From contig JBGAJA010000002.1 in the NCBI GenBank assembly GCA_044225175.1, forward strand, positions 146,917-210,916: a stretch of DNA of 64,000 bases. Reading direction: 5' to 3'. Source of the stretch: Candidatus Omnitrophota bacterium. Its GTDB lineage: Bacteria; Omnitrophota; Gorgyraeia; Zapsychrales; Fredricksoniimonadaceae. The notes under the pieces were generated by a model. The model made no database searches. It was given only the letters and a program-made list of their open reading frames with translations, and had not been told where the DNA came from. A program made the translations under genes and the position numbers. This document shows, piece after piece, positions 42,216-55,500 of the stretch (positions within the stretch are counted from its first letter, which is position 1; the number at the start of each line of letters is the position of its first letter).

Positions 42216-42251
42216 GACATTATCTAACCTCCCCGTTCAAGAAAGGTCAAT

Positions 42252-42935
42252 ATGCCTCGAAAACCACGAATCATCATCCCAGGAGAAATGTTTCATGTAA
42301 CCCAAAGAGGAAATTATCAACAACCTGTCTTTGAAGATGATCAAGACAGGGTAGTTTATTTAAAACTTTTACAAAAATATAAACAACAGCATGCTCTTAA
42401 TCTTTTTGCCTATTGCTTAATGAGTAATCATGTTCATTTGATTGTAAAACCAGAAGATCATACTTCCTTAGCTAAAACAATGGCCCATACCCATCAGAAC
42501 TATGCTCTTTATTTTCATAAAAGAAGAAAACGTCAAGGTCATTTATGGCAGCAAAGGTATTATTCCTGTTTGCTATATGGTCAGCATATTTTACAGGCCA
42601 TACGATATGTGGAAAGAAATCCAGTAAGGGCCGGTATGGTCGCTCAACCTTGGGAGTACGTTTGGTCCAGCGTTAACGCGCATCTAGGTAAAGTATATAA
42701 AATAATTACGTTAGAAGATAGTTCAGCTTTAATAAAAGATTCGGAATGGAAAGATTTTATTAGCTCTCCAGAAGACCTGACTCAAAATGATCAGCTTAGG
42801 CAAAGAACTCTCAAAGGATCTGTTTTAGGTGCGAAAGAAGACATTCAAGCTTTAGAAGAACGCCTAGGTCGCAAAGTCATCTTTATCCCTAAAAAAGTAA
42901 AGAAGATGTCAAAAAGGTGTCAGACACCTTTTTGA
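42252..42935 (+). mobile_element. REP-associated tyrosine transposase (RAYT, HUH Y1 family)
   Basis: MPRKPR, HVTQRGN, AYCLMSNHVHLIV (HUH), GHLWQQRY, YVERNPVRAGMV, WSS; flanked by four palindromes. Confidence 0.9.
42911..42933. repeat. REP-like palindrome copy 3
   Basis: Identical 23-mer; encodes the last RAYT codons and overlaps its stop. Confidence 0.9.
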
Positions 42936-42983
42936 TGGTCTTAGGCAGGTCTTATTTGGGTGTAAATGGGTTTTACAGCTATT

Positions 42984-43023
42984 TTTCCAGTCTGGAACAT
43001 ATTTGGTTCATCCAGACTGGAAA
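42984..43023. repeat. 13-bp inverted repeat
   Basis: TTTCCAGTCTGGA-14 nt-TCCAGACTGGAAA. Confidence 0.65.
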
Positions 43024-43109
43024 TTAGCTAAAAAGGTTATTTACGGTTAAATAATGGCCATTTAAGAAGATTATATAATTGCAGGCTGGCTTAATTGTAA
43101 AAATAGATC

Positions 43110-43132
43110 AAAAAGGTGTCTGACACCTTTTT
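43110..43132. repeat. REP-like palindrome copy 4 (opposite orientation)
   Basis: AAAAAGGTGTC T GACACCTTTTT (central T). Confidence 0.9.
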
Positions 43133-43460
43133 GATTACTATTTTTAAGAAAGCCTTTTCTTGGAATGGGTGGATAAGAGGGGTTTTTTGGTTTCAAAAGG
43201 GGGTTGATATAAATTTAGGACGAACCGAAAAAAGCTTTCTTAGAAGGCACACCCCATCCTTTAAAAATAGATATTCCATAAACTATTTGATTTTAATAGG
43301 TTATAACTTAGAAAAAATAATTAAAGTGGTGGATGAAAATTATTTTTATGACATTTTATATATAAAAACTGATTTCAATTTTATTTTCTAGATTAATTTA
43401 AGTAGAATCGTAAACCATTGGTACTAAAGAGGATAAAATTGAAATAATATTTTGGAAAAT

Positions 43461-43488
43461 TTGCCATTTGTATATAATATGTTATACT
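43461..43488 (+). promoter_or_regulatory. Candidate sigma70 promoter of the giant gene
   Basis: TTGCCA-16 nt-TATACT with extended -10 TG. Confidence 0.5.
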
Positions 43489-43539
43489 CGTTGCATCAGG
43501 TAATTACCGTCGACAACTTGAAAATGTATCAAAAAATAA

Positions 43540-46500
43540 ATGGATAAAAACGAAGAATTCGAAAATCCAATTTCCTCTAACGAGGGCATCAAGTCTGATG
43601 GATCAGAGTCTGTATCTGCAGATAATATAGATATAGGCCACTCATCAGAATCTTCTTATTTGAAATTTCCAGAAAACCTTTCCCCCGTCGCTGCTAGTAC
43701 GAACCCCGAAGAAAGTTTTAATTCTATCGACGACAAAGACTTTAGAAATGGATCCGCCTTTGGCGGAGACCCAAGTCTCATTCAAATTCCACGCGCTGAT
43801 CAAAATCCATTTGTAAGTAACTTTAAACAATGGATCAAAGCGGTTGCTATTTTTGTATTAATAGTATTTATACCTGATCAAATAAGCTGGGCTTTTGGGT
43901 ATAATCCACAAGTCCTTTATAAAGATTTGCCTATTACAAGCGCCCCTATGTCATCGTCGGTGATGAATATGGCGGCCAATGACGCCGGCAAGATTTTACC
44001 TCACCAACAAATTTCCGGTTCCGTTGAATATTTGCTTAACCAAATCAAAGACAAAGAAAATCTTCGTGTGCAGTTGAACGTAGAGAATCCTAAAGATGCA
44101 AACAAATCCGCAGCTCATCAACTTGAAGTGGACACAAAGATTAAATTCGACAAACAAACCATTCAAGAAATTACAAAATGGTTGTCTCAAGAGAATCTAA
44201 ACATTCTTAATTGCGGTGTTTATTCCTTGCAAAAATTGCTTGAGCACAGAGGCATCAAACGCTCGCTGGAAGAAATTGCTGTTTTAACAATCGCCACCGA
44301 TTTAATGACCAACATTATTAAAATCGGTGAACCAAAACTCAAGACCACATTATTCTCAATGGCTAAAGTTGGAGATGCCTTAGGTTTAAATTACAAAGCC
44401 ATCAAGCTAGAGGCAAAAGACGAATTAACATTACCCACGCCTTTCATTGCCTCCATCAAAGGCGAACACTTTGTGACTGTCAAAAAAGTGACAGACACAC
44501 AAGTTTTTGTAGAGGACTTAGGCCAATCCAAAACATTAGATAGAAGAATTTTTGAAGACAGCCTGACTGGTTTTGCTTATGCCAATGTTGGCGAACATTT
44601 TAAATCTGAACTTTACGAAGTAGTCCCTGAAGCTTTGCAAGCATTTGTCTGGGGAGATAAATGGCGTGACCGCACCGGAGACTTGCCTGGATTGACCAAC
44701 TGGAACCAAGTCATTATTACTGGGGTCATTCAAGTGGCCATGTGCTTTATTCCCTTAGCTGGAGAATATGTGGGTGCATCGGCCGGAATCACAGCCACAA
44801 CAACCATGGAAGTCACCAATAGCGCAGGTGAATTAATTGCAGCCGGTGCTATCGCCATGGCTGCCAGCCAATTAGCCGGAAACATTGCAACAGTTTGTAC
44901 GATGAAAGGTGCCTGTAATGCCACGACGGGATTCTTATTAAGTACGGCGCTTTCTGTTGGTTTGACCATGGGAGCAAGCTCTGCTGCAGGTATAGCTCAC
45001 GGAGGATTTGCCAATAATATTTTAGGAAAAGAAGCTAATCCAGTTTCAAAGTTTGCCGTAGATTTTGCTTTTAATTTTTCTATGGGACTTGTCGCTGGTT
45101 ATGCCAGCCTTGAAGCAACCCGAGCTGTTCAAGAAGCCATTTGTAAAGATTCGAAAAAATGCTCAGGGACTCAAGCCATTCTCTCCCAAGCACTCGGCAC
45201 TATTGCTGGATCAGTTGCTTCCATTGCAGCAACCACAGTCACTGCCTATGGGCTATCTCAAATGCCTGGCAAATTTGGTGAAGCCGTTTCAGACACTTAT
45301 GGATTCAGAGAAAAGAATGCTGCCAAGGCCGCTCGCGAAAATGTGGTGAATAATCAACCTGAAATTAAGCAGAGTGGGGATGCTATCATTAAAGCAGCTA
45401 CCATAGATAATCTACCCGCTGACCAAGTCCTGCAAATAGATCCTCATTTTACAGACACACCTCAAAACAGGGCGATTGTTCAAGACTTGCAAAGTCCAAC
45501 TCCTGGAACTGTTAATGAAGCCATAGGTAAAGTCAGAGAAAGCCTTACTCAAGACTATAGAAATGAAGGTGTTGGCACATGGGCAGCGGATGATGCCATT
45601 AAAAATAATCCTGATTTGGCCCCCCAACGCGCAGAAATGATTAGAGACCTGAAATCCGGTGTGGTTTTAGGAAGTGATGGAAACTATAGTTTTAATAATC
45701 CAACTTTAGAACCAGCTGTTCTTCATGCCATGGACAATGCCAATGCCTGGCACAATACTTCTTTTGGCCAAGTGATGTCCGACATGGCCATCAGCCAATT
45801 GCCTGCGATCGCCGGACAGTTAACAGGAATGATTGCCCAAATCGTCGCCTACAAAGCAGGAGGCGTTGATCCTGATAGTGGAATGTCCCAAGGATTAAAT
45901 CAATTCTTTAGTTCAGCAGGAAGCTTGGCGGCAGGTTACGGCATGCAGCAATCAGGCATGGTCCCAAGAAGCACATCCGAAAATATTTCAGCAGCGATCA
46001 AAACAGGTCTTATCCGATCTGCCTTTGCCTTAGGTTTAGGAATTGTGGAAGATAAGATTATTGAGAAACCAGCCAAAGGGTCTTCCGCCCGCGCTCAATG
46101 GCGTTATGAAGAAAAATTGGCCCAGCTTCGCGCTTTCAATTTTGTGGCCTCCAGCTTTTTAACAGGGGCCATCATCGCAACCACCGATGAACAAAATACC
46201 GGTATCGAAGGCGTATCCGTAGACTCTATGAAGAACGCCATTGCCCAGCGTGCCCGAGCCAAAGCCTCTCAAGAAGCTGAAAACAATCCCTACATGATTA
46301 ATTATGCAACCCAAGAAACAGATACTCCACAAATGGATACGTCTAAGGGCCCATTATATGGAAAGATGATGGAAGATTTTAAAACTAAAGCAGGAGAAGA
46401 TGCTTACCAAGCAACCATGGACAGTATGAATGTTTCCTGGGGACGTCGAGCTTTGTTTTCAAGCCTTCATATAATGGGCAACACGGACAACAGCTTTGTG

Positions 46501-49500
46501 GCTAACTTCATGGGAATTCCTGAATCACGAAACTATTACACCAATGGCAGCTGGGGTCCAACCCAAGGAGCCTATGGAGTCACACCTGGACCCAACAATT
46601 TTGTGGCCTACAGTAATACACTACAGCAGTTAAGCGGATGGACAGTTAACATGGCCCTCCAAGCTGATCAAATGTGGAAAGACATGAAGGAGACCAATAA
46701 TTTGATCACAGGAATGCCAACGAGTGCAACTAATGTCGGCGGCCTAGTTGTGGCTGACTATATTGGCGCTCCTCAGAGAATGACCCAGGAACGCCTCCAT
46801 GATCAATGGGTGTTGCAATTATTCAGTTCCAAAATGTTAAATCCCAATCGATTGAATTACAGCTATATCAACTCGACTCTTCAAAATGCCAACATTGATA
46901 ATTATGGTCACTATTTGCCAGGGGCCATTGTAAGCGCCTTAACCAAACCAAAAGTTTATGATGTCACCAAGAATGAAGACGGAAGCTTCTCTTATATAAA
47001 CGAGGACAATCAGAAAGTTACTTTAGATAAACAAGAGGAACAAGATATTTCTTACAAACCTGTTTGGGATGATAAGGGCAATCAAACCACCGCTCCAATT
47101 TATGTCGATGATAAAGCCCAAATTGCTGCCATCAAATGGGGATTGCCTGTGGTTCGTATGGCAACGGTATTAGGTGACAATGGCGGATTTAATTTAGTGC
47201 AAGGCGATGTGACAACCATGAAAAGCGGCGTGACAGGTAAGGATGAAACTGTGTATGTGGGTCGAGGATTTAGAGGAGTTGAATTAGATGTGATCAATCA
47301 TCGCGGCAATGGATTCATTGAAAGAACTTGGGTCAATCCTAATGATGAGAGAAGAGAACATATCCGCATAGGCGGCAAAGCTTACGTCGATCCAGCAGAA
47401 TTAGAAAGCCAATTAGAAACGTTACGTAACGAAGGAAAGACGCTGGAGATTCAAGACCGCACAGGTAATCTTTTAACAATTACGGCTAAGACTGAGGAAG
47501 AACTCAAAAGTAAAATCGACAGCTTAGATGATGACACCGTCTCAAATTTTGCCACAAGCTATGGTCCATCAGTCAGCAATGAGGCTGTATCGCAAGAAGG
47601 CAGAGACAAGCTCAAACAAAAATTGAGTCAAGATTTCCAAGCTCAAAACAGCGGTCCTCAGAAATGGGGCTATGAATATGACGTCTCTGGACAAGCCATA
47701 GGTTTTAAAGATACAGACGGAGAAGCCATTGCGCTCAATCAAGTGACCCAGCGATTGGTTGAGAAACATAACCATCAAATGAATGAAGCAACCCAGGGAC
47801 TGGTACCTATTGTTAATGGGGCCATATCTGCTCCATTAGTCAATGCCGATGGACGTTCCTTAGCTGCAGAAAATGGAGGTAATAAAGCTGCTCAATTATT
47901 GGCTGGAAGAAATTTCTGGGTGGAAGGTACAACAGAAAGCCAAGAAATGCAAAAGTTCATCAAAACCTCCGGAGGCATTCACAATATTATTGGGGGAGAT
48001 GGACGAGGGTTTAATTTCAATTATAGAGGTACGTACGATAACTCCTCTTTAAACTTGCAGCTTCCAACAACTACCCATGAAATGAAGGATGGCAAAGCCC
48101 AGCCTGTATTCGTCAACCAAGCCATTTTTGGAAATAAAAATTTCAGCAGCATGTACATGACGGGGGCTATGTCGGATGGAACATTCTGGTCTACCAAGGA
48201 CGGCTCAGCCATTTCTTCGGCATTTTTAAGTTTCGATTCCCTAAGCGGAAGGATTGCAGGGTATAACGAGAGTATTGTAAGTTCGAAAGAAGGTCTTCAA
48301 TACAATGATTTCCAAAACGCTTATCAACAACAATTGGCCCCAGATCAAAAATTTGATTCTGCTCAAATGGCCGCAGCTGCTGGTCCTTTAGCTGCCCAAC
48401 GATATTTAGCTGCCCATGCGTTTGCGGCTCGCTTAGGGACTTTGAATGCTTCTCCAGCCAGTTCGATGGTTGCTTTCCAAGCCTTTGGACGTGATGACCA
48501 AAGGGTCACAGACACGCCGCTGTATGAGGACCAATTTGTCTACAGTCCTCAAGCTAAGCAAAATGCAGAAGAACCCGATACGTATGAAGGTTCAGCTATA
48601 CCTACATCTCACGTAGATAGCAAAAAGCTGAATATTCAAGGCCAAGGATTAGTGTATTCCTCGGCCAATCAAGCCAACATGTTTGCCATCAATAAAAGCG
48701 TTAATCAGAACAGTCGATTCACTTCTGGTTTGATGACCACATCGCCTTTGAATGTCCTCGATCAAGGAACACTAACAGCAACCGTTAATCATGGAGAAGT
48801 CGTTTTCAAATCATTTGCCGAAGATGCATCCGGTAACGTCACCGATTTCGCTGGGGCTCCATCTATTCAAGGAGATACCGCTACAAAATCCAAGGCATTC
48901 GCAAACCAATTACAAAGTCCAAGCCCGTTAATGTTGTCAGATGTACAAGCGGATAATGAGGCATGGAAAACTCAATTCCCAGCATTAGATATTTTCTCAA
49001 CTACCAATAGCAATTCTCCCCAATTGAAATCCATGATTGAGGAAGGTATCAAAAACACTAACCCAGAGAACTCTACTTTAACGGTTAATTTTAATAATGG
49101 ACGTTTGGCCAATATGAATTTCCAAGGATATTTCGGGACCCAAGCAGGATCATCCTCCAGTGGAATATTATATGAATCCCAGGAATCTTCTGGAGGCAGC
49201 AAGGATGAAGGTTGGAAAGGGGCCACAATCGCCCCATTTGTCTTTCCTTCTGAAGCTGCTTTGCAAAGCAATCCAACCTTACGTAAATTAGCGTTGAATG
49301 ACAACTCCCAGGTGGCCGCTACATTTAATTCTCAATCAGGCGGTTTACAGGTCAAGTTTGGTAAGGGAAGTATTCTATATTCTGACTCTACAGGTGGTTT
49401 GAATCCATTTAATCCAACATTAGATTATAAGGGCCAAGCGTATTCTCAAAATGAATACAACAGTGCTATTTATGTTGGCCAAAATTCCGATGGAAGCCCA

Positions 49501-52500
49501 ACGCACATGAGATTCGGGTGGGTGGCAGATAGAGATCAGAATGGAAACATTAAAAAAGATGCTCGAGGAAATACAGTTTTTTTAAGTCCTACATCTACGC
49601 TGTTAGTTGATAAAACTACATTTACCAATAAAGAAATATTTCTTAATAATACTTCTCGATTGGATTTAGAAACATTCACATCTGAAGAGTCCCACGTCTT
49701 TAAAGTCAATGATGCATCCAAGCCATTTGTCTGGAACAGCGGGAACTGGGAATTACCCGCTGATAGCAAGTCGCTATCTGTGGGTGTCAATTATGTCAAA
49801 AGTCAGTTAGGCAAAGATTTAACTGATCAGAAGAAAGTTGCGGACGCCAATGCCATGATGGCTTCCTCGCAATTAGGACTAACGCCAATTAGGGGTGTGA
49901 CTGAAGATGAACAAAAGAAATTCTATCAGGCTGTTTACAGCGATATCAAAGCTGGTCCAGGAGGTGTGTTCCTTTATCAACCTACGCCAAGTGAAACACA
50001 CAATCAGCTTTTAAGTAATATCTTTCTAAGTCCTGTTTTAAATACCAGCTTAAGCAATCCTTTATCTCAAATTGGAGTTGGTCAAGTCATCAATAATATG
50101 GAAGGAAGTGTATCTAATACAGGAGATTTTGCCCAAAGTGGTTCTCATTCCATTTTGCATGATTTAAGAAGCAAATTCGATCAAAATCAATCCCCGCAGC
50201 CAACAGCTAATGCTGATCAGGCGCCCGCAAGTGTTCGTCTTCCTGCTGGAGACAAAGCCACAACAACCATTAATCCGCTTGTTCAAGGCTATGTTAATCG
50301 TGTGGACACGACAGCTGGAGGCGTGTGGTATGGAGAAAGTTCAAGGTCTTTACATAACAATGTGACAAGTGAAAACAGTCTTATACTAGAGAATGAACCT
50401 GAATATGCCATCTTAGGACAGGCCCAATTTAATGTGGGAGATCAAACACATTCATTTAGCGCAACAACATATTTTAGACCCAATAGTACAAGGATTGTCG
50501 GTCAATTAGGTCAAAACGGATACACATTAAGAGGTGTAGGCAATGCAGAATCAGCGATGGATATGTTTGACGGTGGATATTTAGCTGTTTCAGATAATGG
50601 GCCACATCCAGGTTTAGGGTTGGGATATGCTCGAACCATTGGCATTGATCGCGTGACGAAAAATGGCCAGGAAATTTCCAATGGTTTATGGACAGCTAAT
50701 GTGGGCTCTGTTCGAAAAGCAATTGGTTCTATTCTAGGATTTCCAGGACGCAGCGATGGTTCATTTAGTTTAGAAGACGGAAAGATGGTTGTTTCCTCAG
50801 ATACCGCAACCAACAATCTTCTAGAAGGCAAAGCTTCGTTCCAAGGATTTGCCCGTGCCGAAAATGGTGTGGAAGATGTAGCCATGAATTTCAACAGTCT
50901 TCAATATACGCCTAATAATGAAATCATGTTTGTAGCAACTGCTAAAGATAATGCCCAAGAAGGTAAATTCCCTATTTCTGGAGAAGCTTTTATAGGGGGA
51001 GCAAATCCTTCTAATGGCGCAGCTGGAGCAGCTGCAGAAAAAACAGATCCTGGTATTGCTAATATCGCCCGCCTTAGAAATCCACAAGGAAACAAAGATG
51101 TAGTCTTGGCCCTCGTCGGGGGTACAGGTGGAAATGCCAATGAACAATTAGGTGTTCTTTACTCGACCAATGGATTTACATTTAATCCTAATGCGGAAGG
51201 TTCCAAGTATTCATTTGTTAATGGAACCAACAACAGCAATCGAGTTTATTTTGGAGACCACAATTCCGCTTGGGGGCTTGGTTTTGGTATTGAAGGTGGA
51301 CGTAAAGTAGGATTAGAGGGTAGCGAACCAACCTATTTCAATAACACCCGCCAAATCAATGAAGCTGGAACAATCACCGACGAGGAACAAGGTTTCACAT
51401 ATGTCTTTGAAGGGGACGCCAAGAAGGGTTCATGGAATTTAGCTAAAGAAGACAGCTTGTTCCCAGACACGATGAATAAAGGTTTGACTCCACAAAGACA
51501 GGCCGTAATTTATAGTGGAAAAGCTAAGGGTATTGGGATCACTCAGAATTATGTTGATTTCATGATGAACCAAGAAGGAACGCTTCAGTATCTACCTTTA
51601 AATGCTAACCATGCTAAAATTCCAAGAACAGTCGTGGCAGACACACCCATTGATTCTTCTTTAGATTTTGAAACTTCCCAAGGCATTGCAGCCCGCGCTA
51701 GCGCGGATACGGGGATTGGTCTGACTGCGTTCAATGCACCAGCAGAGTTATCGACTCAAAACACTGCGGAATTTACAAGTCCAAATTCATTTGGAGATAG
51801 TACACCTAAAACAAACAACACGTCTTTAATTGAAACAGCCCTAAGTTCCAAACCAGTTTCCCAAACAAATGATCTGGGTATTGATTTACTTTTACCTCGA
51901 CAAGCATCTTCTGCCATATCCAACATGGATTCAAGCAGATCTCCTCAACAAATTTTGACCGCTCCTGAAGACCCTGCTTTTGAATCAGTCACAGGAAGTG
52001 GACTTACACGCCAGGTTGGCACAACAGCTAATGGTACTCCTATCTATGAAACAGAAATATCTTCGGATGACAGTTTGGTTGCAAGGGCCCCAGAAAGTGT
52101 AAGAGACGTAAATCAAATCACATTGTCCTATGCCCCTATGTATCAGGGTTTTAACCATCTTTTTGAAGGTCAATTCCAAGCTGAAAAATTAGGCAGCAAA
52201 AACCAATTCATTTCCGGTGTCCAAACGGATGCTCAAGGCAATTTAACAGGTGGTTATATCGTGGCTGCTGAAAACCATGAGTATAACAATCCAGCCAGCT
52301 TGACCAATCGTCCTTTGGCAGGATATCAAGTGTGGTTAGGCCAAGACGGATTTGCCAAACGCGGCATGAGAAGCGGCTGGGTGAACATGACAGCCACAGG
52401 TACAGCTAACCTAGCATTAAAAACAGGCGGTGTTGTTCAGGCAGAAGGATTGTTAAGCGGCATTAATTTTATGGCGGTTGAGGGTGTCGGTCAGCCTAAG

Positions 52501-55500
52501 TTTTTAAATTTCAATGTAGCTCAAGCCCAGATCGATGGCAGAAATTTTGATGTCACATCCGGTGTTTATAGCGAAGGGGTTAATAGCGGCAAACCTTTTG
52601 TGGATGTAACAGGCGAACATATGCCTCTTGTCTTATCAGAGATGTCTGCCCCACGATCTGTTCCAAGTGCATCTTCACCAACAGACAGTGAACATACCGA
52701 TACACAAAATCCTTACCGTGATCCTAAGATCACTGGACAATTAATGGTCGATGCCACAAGCAATGAATTTATGACAGCTGCTCAAAAGGCAGGATACAGG
52801 ACCATGAATGTTGTTAATGGTACAAGCGATGTCACAGAGGTCAATGGTCAAGAACGTGTTAGTGTAGGGATATCTAATCTTAATAATCCATCATTAGGAT
52901 TCTCAGGAGATTTTACCAACACGGTCATTGGCACACAAGGAAATCAACCCTTGACATATGGTGTGCAAGTGGATTCAACAGGCAAACCATTAGCACGATT
53001 CTATGCACAAAACGACAATGCAATCAATGATCTGATTGCCTTTGATTCCAGTGCAACGCCTGTCAATATCGGCGGCGGGGCCCGTGGCGTTGGCGGCAAT
53101 GAAGTTGTATTCCTTCATCAAGCCACTGTTCAAGGCCAAGACGGCAGGGCGCAACAAACCAAATATGCCCTTTCTCAAGGTGTGAACGTTAAATGGAATG
53201 CTCAAGGGGCTATTGAACAATTAAATGGATTCAACCATGTAGCCACAGATAATGAGGGGACAGGGGCTAATGCCACACCTAACTGGCAATTGGCCACATC
53301 CAAGATTGACAATGGCAAAGCTGTATTCTCTTTAATAGGAGACAATGCTCATGGAAGTTTCTTCTTACCTCAAAGTGTCTCCTCTTCGGATGATGCAAAG
53401 CAAGCTGGTAACCCAAATCAACCCAAAGCGCAGGATATTAATGCTACACAATTAAGTGCTTCTATTGCGGATGGTGTAGTTGGACTTCGTGGAGACGGAC
53501 TAGCTTATGATTTGACATTCGGCCATAAAGGAACAGGCTCTATTCAAACGGATTTAAGGAATGTCAACATTGACAACAATACTGGACTCACTGATTTGGC
53601 CTATGGCTTACAAACCAATATCAACTCCAAAGACCAAACAAGCACAACAAATGCTTTGATTGCAGATAATGAACGTCAATTGTCATTTAACGGGGAAGGA
53701 CAAATTTTAAATAAAAATGTTTCTGCCAAACCAGCTGATATGGATTCAACTACCTATCGTGAGTTGGCTTCCACCAGGGCCAATTTGATCGGCGATGTCC
53801 AAAGCGCTTACCAAGCATTCGATGCTGTTAAGACAAGTAAGAACGATGATCAAAGACAAGCTGCAGCCAAAGAATTGGTCACGGCTTTAGGGGAACTTCA
53901 AAACTTTTCTTTGACCGACGGAAAATTCTTTAATCATGCCTCCGAGCTATCTTCCAATATTTCTTTTGCCATAAGCGAAGTTGAAAAAGCAGCCGCTAGC
54001 CCTGTGCAATCTCAGAATAACCAAGAGCAAGCCGTGCACAGTATTTATTTAAATGAAATCAAAGATCTTCAGAATAAAAAAGCCCAACTCTCTCAAACGC
54101 CAACCGTCCAAGAGTTAGTTGATAAAGGTGATAATGATCCAATTAAGAGACAAAAAGCCGATGAAAACAGGAAAGAACTGGACCAAGTGGAAGAACGTTT
54201 AAACCGCTTGATCAATGGCGGGGAATCCATTACGGAAATGGAGCATGTGAATGACATCGCCAGCGGCAATTTAGATATTTCGACCATACAACAGAACAGC
54301 TTCTTAAGCGCTTTGGGGGCCATGAAAACATATGACACGGCTGTTGCTACTCAAGACATGGGCAAAGATAAAATGGGCGAGGCTTCTCAAGCAGCGTTCT
54401 CACAAGCTTTTGCAGACCATGCAGCAGGGACGGCCTTATCCAATTTAAATAATGATGATATGTACAACACCGTGCATCATGAATTTCAACACCAAAACAT
54501 CAATCCTGGACAGGGAGAAATTGTTGCCTTCAACAAATTGTCTAATCTCTTCTCAGCAGATCCAAATAGCTTTAATGCCTTTGTTCCAAAAGAATACACA
54601 GATTCTCCGTATGAACGACGAGTGATGGCTGAGAGAATCATTGCCGCTAATCAAAACGGCGATTATGCCGCAGAAGTGGCTATGGAAGGTTTGGGATATT
54701 CGCAGCATAAATTATTGACTCTGGCAGGTTCTCTTTCAGACTTAGCCTCCATTGCAGGAATCCACGTAAGCAATCCAATTGCATTTAACACTTATCGCCA
54801 AACAGATAATGAACGATTCATTGAAGATGTGGTCAGTGGAAAAATTGCATTGAATGGTAATTTCGGTTTGTTAGATCAAATGGATCGCATCAAACAAGAT
54901 GAATTAACTGGAGTTTCAGGTGGAGTTACCAAAGCTGCCCAATGGGTCTCAAATTTTGGATACACATTCTTTGTCCCAACGGATGATGCGTTAAGTCAGA
55001 TGACGAATACCGGCATGGCCCTTCATGCCTCTGGTCCTGCTTCCTTAATTGCATCAGTAGTCACCGCACCTATTTCATTGGCAGCCGCTGGTTCTAATGC
55101 GGCTAGAATTACAGCCACAGAAATTGCAACGGAAGCTGCTGCAAATTCTGGAGTCAGAGCCGCAGGTAGTGCCGTTACAGAGGCTGCTTTGAATACAGGA
55201 GCTAAGAGTGCAGCGAAGTTTTGGTCTACATCGGTTAATCCAATGAATGTGGTAAATTCACTTTCTGGAATCAATTCTGCCAGAGGACTTAGTACAGCAG
55301 CCCTTTATCCTGTGATGAGAAGAGTAGGATTTACCGCAGGTAGTGTGGGAATTGCTAACGTGAGCAATTACATCGCTCACGGCGAGGCCTTATCTTCGGC
55401 CGAAAGCGGTATGGTGGCTGCCGGTGCTTTTGGTACAGCAACTGCCTTTGATGTGTTAGGGCAAGCCAATATGTTTAAAGTTAATGCAGCTGGTCAAACA

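Noticed and set aside
42252-42935. IS200/IS605 TnpA-TnpB element
   Set aside because: No tnpB; the length and the NPVRAG/WSS motifs fit RAYT
42061-43132. Four identical repeats as a CRISPR array
   Set aside because: Spacing is irregular (about 110, 700 and 180 bp), the repeats surround a transposase, and no cas genes are present
42115-43391. ORFs 42115..42300 and 43116..43391
   Set aside because: Short, non-ATG starts, overlap palindromes and AT-rich intergenic DNA, no recognisable motifs
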